Made by a program: the position numbers and the translations under genes. This document shows positions 46,118 through 57,955 of a DNA stretch of 64,000 bases, piece by piece. The notes below the pieces were generated by a model. The model had not been told where the DNA came from and did not search any database. It worked only from the letters and a program-made list of their open reading frames with translations. The stretch is from a virus (lineage: Duplodnaviria > Heunggongvirae > Uroviricota > Caudoviricetes): positions 160,001 to 224,000 of IMG/VR virus record IMGVR_UViG_3300012347_000377, one strand, 5' to 3'. The stretch's first letter is position 1. The number at the start of each line of letters is the position of its first letter.

Positions 46118-48628
46118 TTGTATAAAAACGTCTACTTTCAACGAGAGAAAAATACTGTCCACTTATGGGATGACCATTTAGGATATAGAACTTTTCCATA
46201 TACTCGTTATGCATATGAACCTGCTGAGAATGGAACATTCCGTTCTATCTATGGTGATAAACTTTCTAAAATATACAAATTCAAAGGAGATGACCCTGGT
46301 TTATTCGAATCAGATGTACCCGAAACTACAAGAGTATTGGTAGATACATACACCGAATCAGATTTACCATCCGAAGGAATCGTAACGATGACATTCGATA
46401 TTGAGGTAGAAATGGAATCGGGTCTACCAAACGTAGAAGAAGCTAAGAATGAATTAACTGCAATCGGTCTAAATGATAATATCACTAATCAATATTGGGT
46501 ATTGATTATGGATAAGAAAGGTAAGATGGTAGAAAGAACTACCGATAAAGCAATTATCTTACCATTCAAAGATGAGAGAGATTTGTGTATGAAATTCCTA
46601 GAGTTGTATGAAGGAATACAACCGGATATTTTAACTGGTTGGAATATTGATAATTTCGATATTCCGTATCTATTTAATCGTATTAAACGTATCTTAGGTG
46701 AACAACACGCAAAGAGATTATCACCTATTGGTCAGGCATTCTATTCACCATACCGAAATCGTTGGTTCTTCGCAGGTGTAAGTTGTTTAGATTATTTAGA
46801 ATTATATAAGAAATTTAACTACAATGAATTACCTAACTATCGATTAGATACAATCGGAACGATTGAATTAGGTAAAGGTAAGATTGAGTATCAAGGTTCA
46901 TTGGATGATTTATTTAATGAAGATATTGAAAAGTTCATTGAGTATAACTTAGTCGATGTTGAAATTGTTGTAGAGTTAGATAAGAAATTACAATTCATTG
47001 ATTTATGTAGAGGTATTTGTCATGCAGGGCACGTTCCATATGAGGATTTCGTATATTCCTCAAAATATTTGGAGGGTGCATTGTTATGTTTCCTTAAACG
47101 TAAAGGATTGGTTGCACCAAATAAACCAGCAGATAGAAAAGAGAAATTACAGGCTCTTAAAGATGCAGGACAAGAAAAGTTTATTGGTGCATATGTGAAA
47201 GACCCGATTGTGGGTAAATATGATTGGGTATATGACTTGGACTTAACATCACTATATCCATCAATCATTATGACCTTAAACATTTCACCCGAAACAAAAG
47301 TGAATAAGGTTGAGAATTGGGATGTTCAAACTTTTATGAAAAAAGAAGTTGATTATTACCAAATGGGTGAAGATAGAATCTCCAGAGATAATTTGGATAA
47401 GTATATCAGAGAAGGTGATTTAACAATATCATCCAACGGCGTATTATATCGTAAAGACAAAATGGGATGTATTCCCGAGATATTAGATATTTGGTTTAAT
47501 GAAAGGGTTGAATTTAGAAAGCTTGAAAAGAAATACGGTCAAGAGGGTGATAAAGAAAAATATGCCTTTTACGGCAAAAGACAGTTGGTTCAAAAAATTC
47601 TACTTAACTCTCTTTATGGTGTTCTTGGTCTTCCTGCCTTTCGGTTTTACGATGTTGATAATGCGGAGGCAGTTACTACTACGGGTCAAACGGTTATTAA
47701 AAACACGGCCAATATGGGGAACATCAAATACAACAAAGAATTAGGAACGAAAGATGTGGATTCAAATATCTACATTGATACGGATTCTGTATTCTTCTCA
47801 GCAGTTCCATTACTAGACCATAGACATAAAGATTGGAAATCAATGCCTGATAGTGAAGTTGCGGTATTAGTGGATGGTATTGCGGGTGAAGTTCAAGATT
47901 ATCTAAATAAGTTTTATGATATTTTATGTGATAAGTTCTTTAATGTTCAGAATCACCGATTGGAAATTAAAAAAGAATACGTTGCACGAGCAGGTATTTG
48001 GATTGCAAAGAAGAGATACGCACAATGGATTATTTCCAACAATGGTATTGCAACTGATAAATTAGATGTTAAGGGATTAGACGTAAAACGTTCATCATTC
48101 CCTAAAGCATTTCAGGAGTGCATGGGAACTGTCTTAATTGATATTCTACGAAGTAAACCCGAAGAAGAAATCACAGCTTTTATTCTTGCTTTTAAGAAGA
48201 GTATGATGGAAAGACCAGTTTCGGAGATTGCAAAGAACTCTGCGGTAAAACACTTATCAAAGTATCTACCAAAGAAAAGACAATTGTTTCAATTAGAAAA
48301 GGGAGTTCCCGCACACGTTAAAGCAGCAATCCTATATAATGATTGTTTGAAACATTTCAACGCACCATTCAAATATTCACCGATGAAAGATGGTGATAAA
48401 GTAAAATGGGTATATCTTAAAAATAACCCATTGGGAATTGATGGATTGGCATTTACAGGTTATGAAGACCCGAAGGAGATTGTTGATTTTATTTCAACTT
48501 ATGTTGACCACAATCGAATCTTCGAGGCGGAATTAAAAGGTAAACTACAAGATTTTTATAATGCATTGAGTTGGGGTGAAGTTATGAGTGAACAGAAAAC
48601 TGCTGAGAAATTCTTTAGTTTCGGTTAG
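46118..48628 (+). CDS. Family B DNA polymerase (T4 gp43-like), TTG start
   Basis: FDIE, GWN...FD, YN..D exonuclease motifs; DLTSLYPS, K...NS.YG, YIDTDS, KKRY. Confidence 0.96.
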   Translation: MYKNVYFQREKNTVHLWDDHLGYRTFPYTRYAYEPAENGTFRSIYGDKLSKIYKFKGDDPGLFESDVPETTRVLVDTYTESDLPSEGIVTMTFDIEVEMESGLPNVEEAKNELTAIGLNDNITNQYWVLIMDKKGKMVERTTDKAIILPFKDERDLCMKFLELYEGIQPDILTGWNIDNFDIPYLFNRIKRILGEQHAKRLSPIGQAFYSPYRNRWFFAGVSCLDYLELYKKFNYNELPNYRLDTIGTIELGKGKIEYQGSLDDLFNEDIEKFIEYNLVDVEIVVELDKKLQFIDLCRGICHAGHVPYEDFVYSSKYLEGALLCFLKRKGLVAPNKPADRKEKLQALKDAGQEKFIGAYVKDPIVGKYDWVYDLDLTSLYPSIIMTLNISPETKVNKVENWDVQTFMKKEVDYYQMGEDRISRDNLDKYIREGDLTISSNGVLYRKDKMGCIPEILDIWFNERVEFRKLEKKYGQEGDKEKYAFYGKRQLVQKILLNSLYGVLGLPAFRFYDVDNAEAVTTTGQTVIKNTANMGNIKYNKELGTKDVDSNIYIDTDSVFFSAVPLLDHRHKDWKSMPDSEVAVLVDGIAGEVQDYLNKFYDILCDKFFNVQNHRLEIKKEYVARAGIWIAKKRYAQWIISNNGIATDKLDVKGLDVKRSSFPKAFQECMGTVLIDILRSKPEEEITAFILAFKKSMMERPVSEIAKNSAVKHLSKYLPKKRQLFQLEKGVPAHVKAAILYNDCLKHFNAPFKYSPMKDGDKVKWVYLKNNPLGIDGLAFTGYEDPKEIVDFISTYVDHNRIFEAELKGKLQDFYNALSWGEVMSEQKTAEKFFSFG

Positions 48629-48634
48629 AATGTA

Positions 48635-48676
48635 TGACAATGTGTCAGTATAATGAAAGATGGTATTAAAATTGAA
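48635..48676 (+). promoter_or_regulatory. Candidate sigma54-like promoter with upstream palindrome, ahead of groEL
   Basis: TGACA-ATG-TGTCA (48635-48647) and TGGTATTAAAATTGAA (48661-48676), compared with the consensus TGGCAC-N5-TTGCW. Confidence 0.45.
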
Positions 48677-48684
48677 TATAATAG

Positions 48685-50343
<1,659 letters not shown>

Positions 50344-50362
50344 AAAAATAAATGGGATTATG

Positions 50363-50394
50363 TTTGGTAAATCCAAAAAATATTCGTATATTTG
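50363..50394 (+). promoter_or_regulatory. Bacteroidetes-type -33/-7 promoter
   Basis: TTTG-N20-TATATTTG. Confidence 0.8.
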
Positions 50395-50423
50395 TATAAA
50401 TAAATTTAAAATCAATAAATAAA

Positions 50424-51137
50424 ATGGAAAAACAAAAATTAAATCGTTTCGTTAGTAAATACAACCTTGCGGGGTTAGTAGAGTCAGTAAAGTGGGAATC
50501 AAAGAATGGTTCATTAAACACATCATTCATTTCAGATGATAAATCTGTATTGGGTAGTGTATCTATGAAAGCATTTGATAATTCCGATTCATCATTTGGT
50601 GTATATGATACAACCAAATTAACAAAAATGTTGTCAGTATTGGGTGATGCAGTAGATTTTTCAATCTCCGATATTGAAGGTAAAGCAGTATCATTAAAAT
50701 TCAAAGATGGTTCAACGTCTGTAAATTATATGTTGGCTGATTTATCAGTTATTCCAAACGTACCGGATTTGAAACAATTACCAAACTTTGATGTTGAAAT
50801 CAAATTGGATTCTAATTTCATTTCAAAGTTCATCCGTGCAAAAGGTGCATTGGCAGATGAGAACAACTTTACATTCACATCTAAGAATGGTAAATCTCAA
50901 ATTATCTTAGGTCATTCTAATATCAACACAAACCGAATTACAATTGATGTTGATGCAACGGTTTCTGCAGATGTAAATGCAATTTCATTCTCTGCAACCT
51001 ACTTAAAAGAAATCTTAGTAGCAAACAAAGAGGCATCTGATGCAACTCTTAACATTTCAACACAAGGTTTAGCTCATATCCACTTTGAGGTAGACGAATA
51101 TACATCTGATTACTACTTAGTGGAGATTCAATCATAA
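50424..51137 (+). CDS. Sliding clamp (T4 gp45-like)
   Basis: 237 aa; FGVYD...L, Y..AD, IS.QGL....F......YYL; located near polB and the clamp loader. Confidence 0.8.
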   Translation: MEKQKLNRFVSKYNLAGLVESVKWESKNGSLNTSFISDDKSVLGSVSMKAFDNSDSSFGVYDTTKLTKMLSVLGDAVDFSISDIEGKAVSLKFKDGSTSVNYMLADLSVIPNVPDLKQLPNFDVEIKLDSNFISKFIRAKGALADENNFTFTSKNGKSQIILGHSNINTNRITIDVDATVSADVNAISFSATYLKEILVANKEASDATLNISTQGLAHIHFEVDEYTSDYYLVEIQS

Positions 51138-51138
51138 T

Positions 51139-52773
51139 ATGACTAAACACTTTTACGAACGAAGCAAGTTTTCCGAATTCAAATCTAATACAACTTATCA
51201 TCAGTTATTATCTATGACTGATGATGAGTTTACAGATTGGGCAAGATTATTACGCAAAGAAGTTACTGAACAATGGGATACTACTGGCACTCCACCTGTA
51301 ATTGGTAGAGATGAAGGTGGTATTATTGATTCATTTAAGAAACTGAAAGGTAATGATTGTAATTTTTGGGAAAAGGATTTAAGTGGTGATGATGAATCAT
51401 TAGGAATCATCCAAAACTTTAATAAAGATGCATCGGTTGTAAATCAGTTTTTTCCTACTATGTTGAAAACCAAAATATCAATTGGTAAATCAGCAGATGG
51501 TGGATTATCTATTTATGACCATTTTGCAGACCCTAATTTAGAAGAACAATTTGTTAAAATTATGAGAAGAGCAGTGAAGAGGGATTCAATGTATTCCTGG
51601 TCACGTTCTATTGTAAACAAAAAAGATGAAAATGAATTTTGGGATGGTGAAAATGGTGTAGAATTTATACAAAAAGTTTCAGAGGGTAAAGTATTTACCG
51701 GTAAGTGGTCTGATAATGATATTGTGATTGCTAAAGTTAAAGAAGATACTTTAGATAATTACGGAACGATTAACGATGAATATATTGGATTCGGTAATTT
51801 ATATCTAACTGCAGACCAATTAAGAGAATGTGTTGATAAAGGATACTTAACACCAACACAAATGTCAAACGTAAAATCTATTGATGATGATTACACAATG
51901 GCAGATGGTAAAGTTAAGAAGTTCTTTTATCTAATTCGTTGGTATGATAAGAGTGATGGTATTTTCCCAAAGATATTACAGGTATTCCGTTTAAGTTGTG
52001 GTCAACCCGCAGTAAACTTTCCTGCATTAACTGCTAAGTGGATTTACGAAACTTATACATCACACATCGAACAAGATGAACCTCTTCATATTTACGATTC
52101 ATCAAGTGGATGGGGTGGGAGAATATTAGGTGCAATGAGTTCTCGTAAGAAAACTCACTACATTGGGACAGACCCTAACCCTGATAATTTTATTCCAGAA
52201 TTGGGTATATCTCGTTATGAATATGTTGCTAAGTTTTACAATGATAAATGTGTGGATGATTTTTCAGATTCATTCGCTAAGTTTTTCGATGTGACAAAAC
52301 AAGGTAATACATATGAGTTGTTTCAAGATGGTTCAGAGTTAATCCAACACAATCCTAAATTCCAAAAGTATAAAGGTAAATTAGATTTATCTTTTACATC
52401 ACCTCCATATTTCAATAGAGAACAATATTCTCAAGATGAGAAACAATCATTCAAAGCATATGGTGAATATGAAGATTGGAGAGAAAACTTTTTACGTCCA
52501 ACATTAACAACTATTTTTGAATATACAAAGAATGATAGATATATCCTTTGGAATATTGCAGATATTAAAATTGGTGCAAATACCTACTATCCATTAGAAC
52601 AAGATTCAAGAGATATTTTGTTAGAATTAGGGTGTGAGTATAAGGGTAAGTTGAAGATGTTGATGACACGAATGGTGGGATTAGACCCAACCAAATCAGG
52701 TATTAAAAACGCAGTTAAACATAACGGAAAGGCATACAAATTCGAACCGATATTTGTATTCCATAAAAAATAA
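51139..52773 (+). CDS. Amino DNA methyltransferase-like, paralogue 3
   Basis: VNFP...AK, YDSSSGWGGRILG, GTDPN, FTSPPYFNREQY, EPIFVFHK. Confidence 0.8.
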   Translation: MTKHFYERSKFSEFKSNTTYHQLLSMTDDEFTDWARLLRKEVTEQWDTTGTPPVIGRDEGGIIDSFKKLKGNDCNFWEKDLSGDDESLGIIQNFNKDASVVNQFFPTMLKTKISIGKSADGGLSIYDHFADPNLEEQFVKIMRRAVKRDSMYSWSRSIVNKKDENEFWDGENGVEFIQKVSEGKVFTGKWSDNDIVIAKVKEDTLDNYGTINDEYIGFGNLYLTADQLRECVDKGYLTPTQMSNVKSIDDDYTMADGKVKKFFYLIRWYDKSDGIFPKILQVFRLSCGQPAVNFPALTAKWIYETYTSHIEQDEPLHIYDSSSGWGGRILGAMSSRKKTHYIGTDPNPDNFIPELGISRYEYVAKFYNDKCVDDFSDSFAKFFDVTKQGNTYELFQDGSELIQHNPKFQKYKGKLDLSFTSPPYFNREQYSQDEKQSFKAYGEYEDWRENFLRPTLTTIFEYTKNDRYILWNIADIKIGANTYYPLEQDSRDILLELGCEYKGKLKMLMTRMVGLDPTKSGIKNAVKHNGKAYKFEPIFVFHKK

Positions 52774-52778
52774 AACAA

Positions 52779-53726
52779 ATGGCATTTTTTGAAGATAAAA
52801 ATACGGAAGAGAAAGATAATAGTTTATGGGTAGAATCATATCGTCCATCGAAGTTGGAAGACTACGTTGGTAATGAACATCTAAAATCAAAAGTTCAAAC
52901 TTATATTGAAAGTGGTGATGTTCCCCATTTACTTTTGTATGGTAAAGCAGGAACTGGTAAAACTACTCTTGCTAAGTTGATTGTGAATTCAATCAATTGT
53001 GACCATATGATTATCAATGCATCAGATGAAAATAACGTTGATACTGTCCGAAACAAAGTAAAGAATTTTGCATCTACAATTGGATTTAAGAATATAAAAG
53101 TAATCATCTTAGATGAGTTCGATTATATGACACCGAATGCACAAGCAATTCTTCGTAACTTAATGGAAACTTTTTCTAAACATTGCCGTTTTATTTTAAC
53201 GTGTAATTATGTTGAAAAGGTAATCGAACCAATTCAATCTCGTTGTCAATCGTTTCAAATTGTTCCACCAACTAAGAAAGATGTTGCAATCCAAATTAGT
53301 AAGATTCTTAAATCAGAGGAAATTAGATTTGAACCAAAAGATTTAGTTCCAATTATTGATGCCGGATATCCTGATATTCGTAAAATCATCAATACTTGCC
53401 AATTAAACTCACATAAGGGTGCATTGCAGGTAGATACTAAAAACTTATTGGAAAACGATTATAAGATGAAAATTTTAGATTTACTAAAAACATCAGATGA
53501 TAAGAGAAATCGTTATATGAAATTAAGACAGGCTTTGATTGATAGTAGAGTAACTGATTTTACAGATTTATTTACTTTGTTATATGATAAGGTAGATGAG
53601 TATGCACCATCAAATACTGCAAATGTTGTTATTGCACTTTCACAAGGACAAACTACACATTTTCAATCAATCGATAAAGAGATTGCAATGGCTGCAACTT
53701 TAATTGAAATAAACAATTTATTATAA
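52779..53726 (+). CDS. Clamp loader large subunit (gp44/RFC-like)
   Basis: WVESYRP, GKAGTGKT, INASDE, LDEFD, LTCNY, SRC. Confidence 0.93.
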   Translation: MAFFEDKNTEEKDNSLWVESYRPSKLEDYVGNEHLKSKVQTYIESGDVPHLLLYGKAGTGKTTLAKLIVNSINCDHMIINASDENNVDTVRNKVKNFASTIGFKNIKVIILDEFDYMTPNAQAILRNLMETFSKHCRFILTCNYVEKVIEPIQSRCQSFQIVPPTKKDVAIQISKILKSEEIRFEPKDLVPIIDAGYPDIRKIINTCQLNSHKGALQVDTKNLLENDYKMKILDLLKTSDDKRNRYMKLRQALIDSRVTDFTDLFTLLYDKVDEYAPSNTANVVIALSQGQTTHFQSIDKEIAMAATLIEINNLL

Positions 53727-54178
53727 TGGCTGGAATAACATTATTCGACCACATAAAAGCAATCACACAAACTCAAGACAAAAAGTATTGGGATAAGTTA
53801 GATGATGCAGATAAAAAAACCTGGTCAAATTATATGGTATTCCGATTCTTGTCAATGAACCCTGATTGGGTGCCAATGGTTGCACAACTGCAACCTTACT
53901 TACAAGAAGTTCCACCTAAGGCGTGTTATTTAGCATTGATTGATTTAATACCAAAGACTAGAGCTTTTTTAAAATATATGAAAGCAAAAGGTGAGGATAC
54001 ATATGAGAAATGGTTAATTGAATTAGTCACTAAACATTATAATACATCTACATTGGAAAGTGAAGATTATTTAAAAATTTTATATTCAACAAAATCAGGT
54101 AGAGAACGTATAAAGGAGTTATGCACTATCTATGGAGTTGAACCAAAACAAATTACAAAATTAAAATTAAATTTATAA
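53726..54178 (+). CDS. Probable clamp loader small subunit (gp62-like)
   Basis: LFDHIKAI...YMVFRFLSM; coupled to the gp44-like gene. Confidence 0.65.
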   Translation: MAGITLFDHIKAITQTQDKKYWDKLDDADKKTWSNYMVFRFLSMNPDWVPMVAQLQPYLQEVPPKACYLALIDLIPKTRAFLKYMKAKGEDTYEKWLIELVTKHYNTSTLESEDYLKILYSTKSGRERIKELCTIYGVEPKQITKLKLNL

Positions 54179-54180
54179 CT

Positions 54181-54483
54181 ATGAAAATTAAATTCGAACC
54201 ATTGGGTGATAGAGTTGTGGTAAAACCACAATCAAAAGAAGAAAAATCAACTGGAGGTATTATCTTAACTGATAGTGTAAATAGAGGTGAGAAGGTTATT
54301 GGCGAAGTTGTAGCAATTGGAGGTGGTATTTTCTCACAAAATGGAGAACGTATTCCAATGACAGTTTCAGTTGGTAATTCTGTTTTATATAAAAAAGATA
54401 TGGCAGGTGAAACTTTGAAATTAGATGGTGAAGATTATCTATTATTTCACGAACACGAATTATTAGGCATTATTCCACAATAA
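54181..54483 (+). CDS. groES: Co-chaperonin GroES
   Basis: PLGDRVVVK, TGGIIL, GEVVAIG, V.VG..V. Confidence 0.93.
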   Translation: MKIKFEPLGDRVVVKPQSKEEKSTGGIILTDSVNRGEKVIGEVVAIGGGIFSQNGERIPMTVSVGNSVLYKKDMAGETLKLDGEDYLLFHEHELLGIIPQ

Positions 54484-54493
54484 ACATAAACAT

Positions 54494-55567
54494 ATGAATT
54501 ATAGTCTCACTTATGATGACATTCAATTAATCCCACAATATTCAGAAATTTCTACTAGAACTGGAATTAACTTAAAAACCTTAGTATCTCGTAGATATGG
54601 TCTTTTAAACCCATTAGTTGCATCTCCTATGGATACTGTCTGTGGTGAGGAAATGGCTTATAAAATGTTCCTTATGGGTGGAGTAGGGTGTATTCATCGT
54701 TTTATGAGTATCGAAGAACAAGTAGAGGTAATCAAAAATCTTCGATATAAAATTTACGGAGAAGGTTTCGGAGGACCATTTGAGGATTGGGGAATTATGT
54801 ATGATGATTGGCATTCGGAAATTAAACAAATTCCAATTATGGCTGCAATCGGAGTAATGACTTCTGATATGGAACGTGCAAAAAGAATAACCGAAGCAGG
54901 TGCAAATATCTTAGTTATAGATGTTGCACATGGCCACCACAAAAATGTTATAGATATGATTAAGTGGTGTAAGCAAAATCTTAATGAAAATGTTGATATT
55001 ATCGCAGGTAATATTGCAACTGCTCAAGCAGCATTAGATTTGGAAAAGGCTGGTGCAGATGGATTACGTGTCGGTATTGGTGGGGGTTCACTTTGTACTA
55101 CAAGAGTAAAGACTGGATTTGGTGTTCCAAATGTAAGTTGTTTGGAAGAAATCATTAAAGTTGCAAAAACTCCGGTAATGGCAGATGGTGGAATCAGAAC
55201 ATCGGGTGATATTGCAAAAGCACTTTCATTGGGTTCTAGCTCAGTTATGTTAGGTTCTATATTAGCAGGAACTGAAGAAGCACCCGGTCAAATCATTGAA
55301 ACTACCAAAGGACTTTATAAAAGATATAGAGGTTCTGCATCATTAGAAACTAAAGTTTCAAACGGACAAGTGGCTAGAAACATCGAAGGTGAATCAACTA
55401 CTATTCCATATAAGGGAGGAGTTAAATTTATTTTAAATGGATTGATTGATGGAGTTAAATCTGCACTTTCATACGCAGGTGTAGATAATTTAACAAATTT
55501 CAGACCACCATATGTAATTGTCACTACATCGGGTATTAATGAAGCAAAACCACACTTATTACACTAA
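54494..55567 (+). CDS. IMP dehydrogenase / GMP reductase family (probably GMP reductase)
   Basis: SPMDTV, IDVAHG, GNIAT, GIGGGSLCTT, ADGGI, YRGSAS; no CBS domains. Confidence 0.85.
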   Translation: MNYSLTYDDIQLIPQYSEISTRTGINLKTLVSRRYGLLNPLVASPMDTVCGEEMAYKMFLMGGVGCIHRFMSIEEQVEVIKNLRYKIYGEGFGGPFEDWGIMYDDWHSEIKQIPIMAAIGVMTSDMERAKRITEAGANILVIDVAHGHHKNVIDMIKWCKQNLNENVDIIAGNIATAQAALDLEKAGADGLRVGIGGGSLCTTRVKTGFGVPNVSCLEEIIKVAKTPVMADGGIRTSGDIAKALSLGSSSVMLGSILAGTEEAPGQIIETTKGLYKRYRGSASLETKVSNGQVARNIEGESTTIPYKGGVKFILNGLIDGVKSALSYAGVDNLTNFRPPYVIVTTSGINEAKPHLLH

Positions 55568-55573
55568 AAAATA

Positions 55574-56113
55574 ATGACAAAAATAATAAACCTATTTGGT
55601 GGGCCGGGCATTGGAAAATCATCCATTGCATCCGGCCTTACTTATAAACTCAAAAAGAAACACATAAATTGTGATAATCCCTACGAATTTCCAAAAGTTC
55701 TTGCATGGGATGAAAATCATTCAGCAATCAAAGACCAATTATATGTTCTTGCAAATCAACATAGGGGAATTGTAAAGAGTTTTGGAAAGGTAGATTTTAT
55801 CATCTTAGATTCACCCATAATTCTTTCTTTGGTGTATAAATCATTGTATAAAGGAACAGAGTATCCAGCAACCTTATATGGGGAGTATTTTGATAAAATG
55901 GTGTTAGATATACATAATCAATATGACAACCTTAATATCCTTTTAAAACGAACCGAAGGGGGGTATAATGAAAAGGAACGCTATCAATCTCTTGATGAAT
56001 CTAAGACTTTGGATAATGAAATTGAAAACACATTAATAAAAAATAACATATCTTATATTACTATTGAAGTTGGTGATAATACGGTCAATGATATAGTGAA
56101 ATTATTAGTGTAA
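55574..56113 (+). CDS. P-loop nucleotide kinase-like (NadR/AAA_28 type)
   Basis: INLFGGPGIGKS, ILDSP, R......RYQ. Confidence 0.7.
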   Translation: MTKIINLFGGPGIGKSSIASGLTYKLKKKHINCDNPYEFPKVLAWDENHSAIKDQLYVLANQHRGIVKSFGKVDFIILDSPIILSLVYKSLYKGTEYPATLYGEYFDKMVLDIHNQYDNLNILLKRTEGGYNEKERYQSLDESKTLDNEIENTLIKNNISYITIEVGDNTVNDIVKLLV

Positions 56114-56116
56114 TAA

Positions 56117-56148
56117 TTTGGTAAATCCAAATAAAGTTCGTATATTAG
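56117..56148 (+). promoter_or_regulatory. Bacteroidetes-type -33/-7 promoter (TAnnTTAG variant)
   Basis: TTTG-N20-TATATTAG. Confidence 0.7.
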
Positions 56149-56167
56149 CTTAATAAAAGATATAGAT

Positions 56168-56377
56168 ATGATAGTATATGACCCACAAAATCCACTAACT
56201 GATGATGATTTAAAACAATTATCCGAAACTGATTTCTTTTCATACTTAGACCAAATGTCTGCGTATAAACGTAAAGATAAAAAAATAGTAGGAGAGTGGA
56301 AAAAGAAAGGACACGAAATTCTTAAAAAGAATGGTGTGAAAAATGTAAAAACAAATAGAACCCAATGGTTCGATTAA
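56168..56377 (+). CDS. Hypothetical protein
   Basis: 69 aa, directly after a promoter. Confidence 0.65.
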   Translation: MIVYDPQNPLTDDDLKQLSETDFFSYLDQMSAYKRKDKKIVGEWKKKGHEILKKNGVKNVKTNRTQWFD

Positions 56378-56394
56378 TTCAATAAAAAATAAAT

Positions 56395-56646
56395 ATGGCA
56401 CAAATTTTAGGACAAGGTGGTAATCAACTACCACAAGAACCAATTGATTTAACAAAAACAGAACCTATTTCATGTAAGAAGTGTGGAGGTGAAGTTTTTG
56501 TGCAAGGGTTTGCTTTTAGAAAAATTTCAAAGATATTAACCAAAAAACCAAAAGATGAAGTAATTCCTGTTGAATTATTTTTATGTGGAGATTGTGGTGA
56601 AGTATTGGAAGATTTATTAGTCCCTGGCTTTAAAATCGAAGAATAA
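56395..56646 (+). CDS. Zinc-ribbon protein
   Basis: CKKCG...CGDCG. Confidence 0.75.
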   Translation: MAQILGQGGNQLPQEPIDLTKTEPISCKKCGGEVFVQGFAFRKISKILTKKPKDEVIPVELFLCGDCGEVLEDLLVPGFKIEE

Positions 56647-57905
56647 TGCCAAATCCTCAAACGGAAACATTTTGCATATTACCATTCATCCATTTGTATT
56701 CAGAACCAAAGGGAGAGATGAAACCATGCTGTATAGCAGGTGGATTTGATACTCCATTGGATTTGAAAACATTATCTATTGATGAAGCATTTAATTCACC
56801 ACAAATGAAAGAATTGCGTAAAGATATGATAGAGGGTAAACGTAATAAAGTATGCGATGTATGTTATAAGAAAGAGGATTTAAATGGAGTTTCACCTCGG
56901 TCTGATTTTAATAAAAACACACTATGGGAAATGCCGGTTGTAAACGATGATTATTCAGTTGAAACCCAATTCCAACACATTGATATTAGATTTTCAAATT
57001 TATGCAACTTTAAATGTAGAATGTGTAATCATGATTTTTCATCAAATTGGTTTGAAGATTATGAAAAAATAGCACATGGTTCTACAACTGGTAGAAAAAA
57101 GGTAATGAAAGTTTCTGATACAATTGTAGAAGATTTAATCCCACATCTTAATAATATTAAAAGTTTTTATTTCGCAGGTGGTGAACCCCTAATCATGCCG
57201 GAACATTATAAAGTATTAAAATATCTTTATGATACTATGCCGGTTTTGGAAAAACATTGGGGTAATAAAAGACCATTGAGTATTCATTACAACACTAATT
57301 TATCGGTAATCACCTATGATGAGCAAAGTTTAGTTGATTTGTGGGATGGATTTGATAGAGTGTTTTTATCAATATCATGTGATGGTATAGGTGAAGTTGG
57401 TGAATATCAACGAAACGGATTTCAACATGATAGATTTGTTGAAAACTTAAAAACAATCCAAAAGTATTTCAGACCCGAATCACCATTTATGGGAGGTATG
57501 GGATTACAATATAATTTCCAATACACTACTACTATTTGGAATGTTTATCATATCTTTGATTTTATTAAATTTATGACTGAGAATAAATTCATAGGTTCAT
57601 CCGAGCACATTGATTTTTATTACGCATGGGGTCCAAATCAAATTGCATTAAATAATATTAGTAAAACTGAAAAGGATAAGGTTGTTAAATTTTTAGAAGA
57701 TGGTATGGAGAATATTACATTTGAAAAGACTATTGGTGAATTAAAGAATTTAATATCATTTATAAAATCAGACCAAAATATAGATAATCCAATTGAAACT
57801 ATGATAGATTTTACTAAAAAAATGGATAAATTATTTCAAACTAATGCTAATAGTTTAAATGGAATTGATTTCGATAGTATGATTGTGGAAAATTTTCCAA
57901 AATAA
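56646..57905 (+). CDS. Radical SAM protein with N-terminal SPASM/twitch-like domain
   Basis: FCILPF...PCC...CDVC; CNFKCRMC (CxxxCxxC); GGEP. Confidence 0.88.
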   Translation: MPNPQTETFCILPFIHLYSEPKGEMKPCCIAGGFDTPLDLKTLSIDEAFNSPQMKELRKDMIEGKRNKVCDVCYKKEDLNGVSPRSDFNKNTLWEMPVVNDDYSVETQFQHIDIRFSNLCNFKCRMCNHDFSSNWFEDYEKIAHGSTTGRKKVMKVSDTIVEDLIPHLNNIKSFYFAGGEPLIMPEHYKVLKYLYDTMPVLEKHWGNKRPLSIHYNTNLSVITYDEQSLVDLWDGFDRVFLSISCDGIGEVGEYQRNGFQHDRFVENLKTIQKYFRPESPFMGGMGLQYNFQYTTTIWNVYHIFDFIKFMTENKFIGSSEHIDFYYAWGPNQIALNNISKTEKDKVVKFLEDGMENITFEKTIGELKNLISFIKSDQNIDNPIETMIDFTKKMDKLFQTNANSLNGIDFDSMIVENFPK

Positions 57906-57937
57906 TTAGGAATTTACAAATATTATTCGTATATTTG
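57906..57937 (+). promoter_or_regulatory. Bacteroidetes-type -33/-7 promoter
   Basis: TTAG-N20-TATATTTG. Confidence 0.75.
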
Positions 57938-57955
57938 TAGTATAAAAATAAAGTT

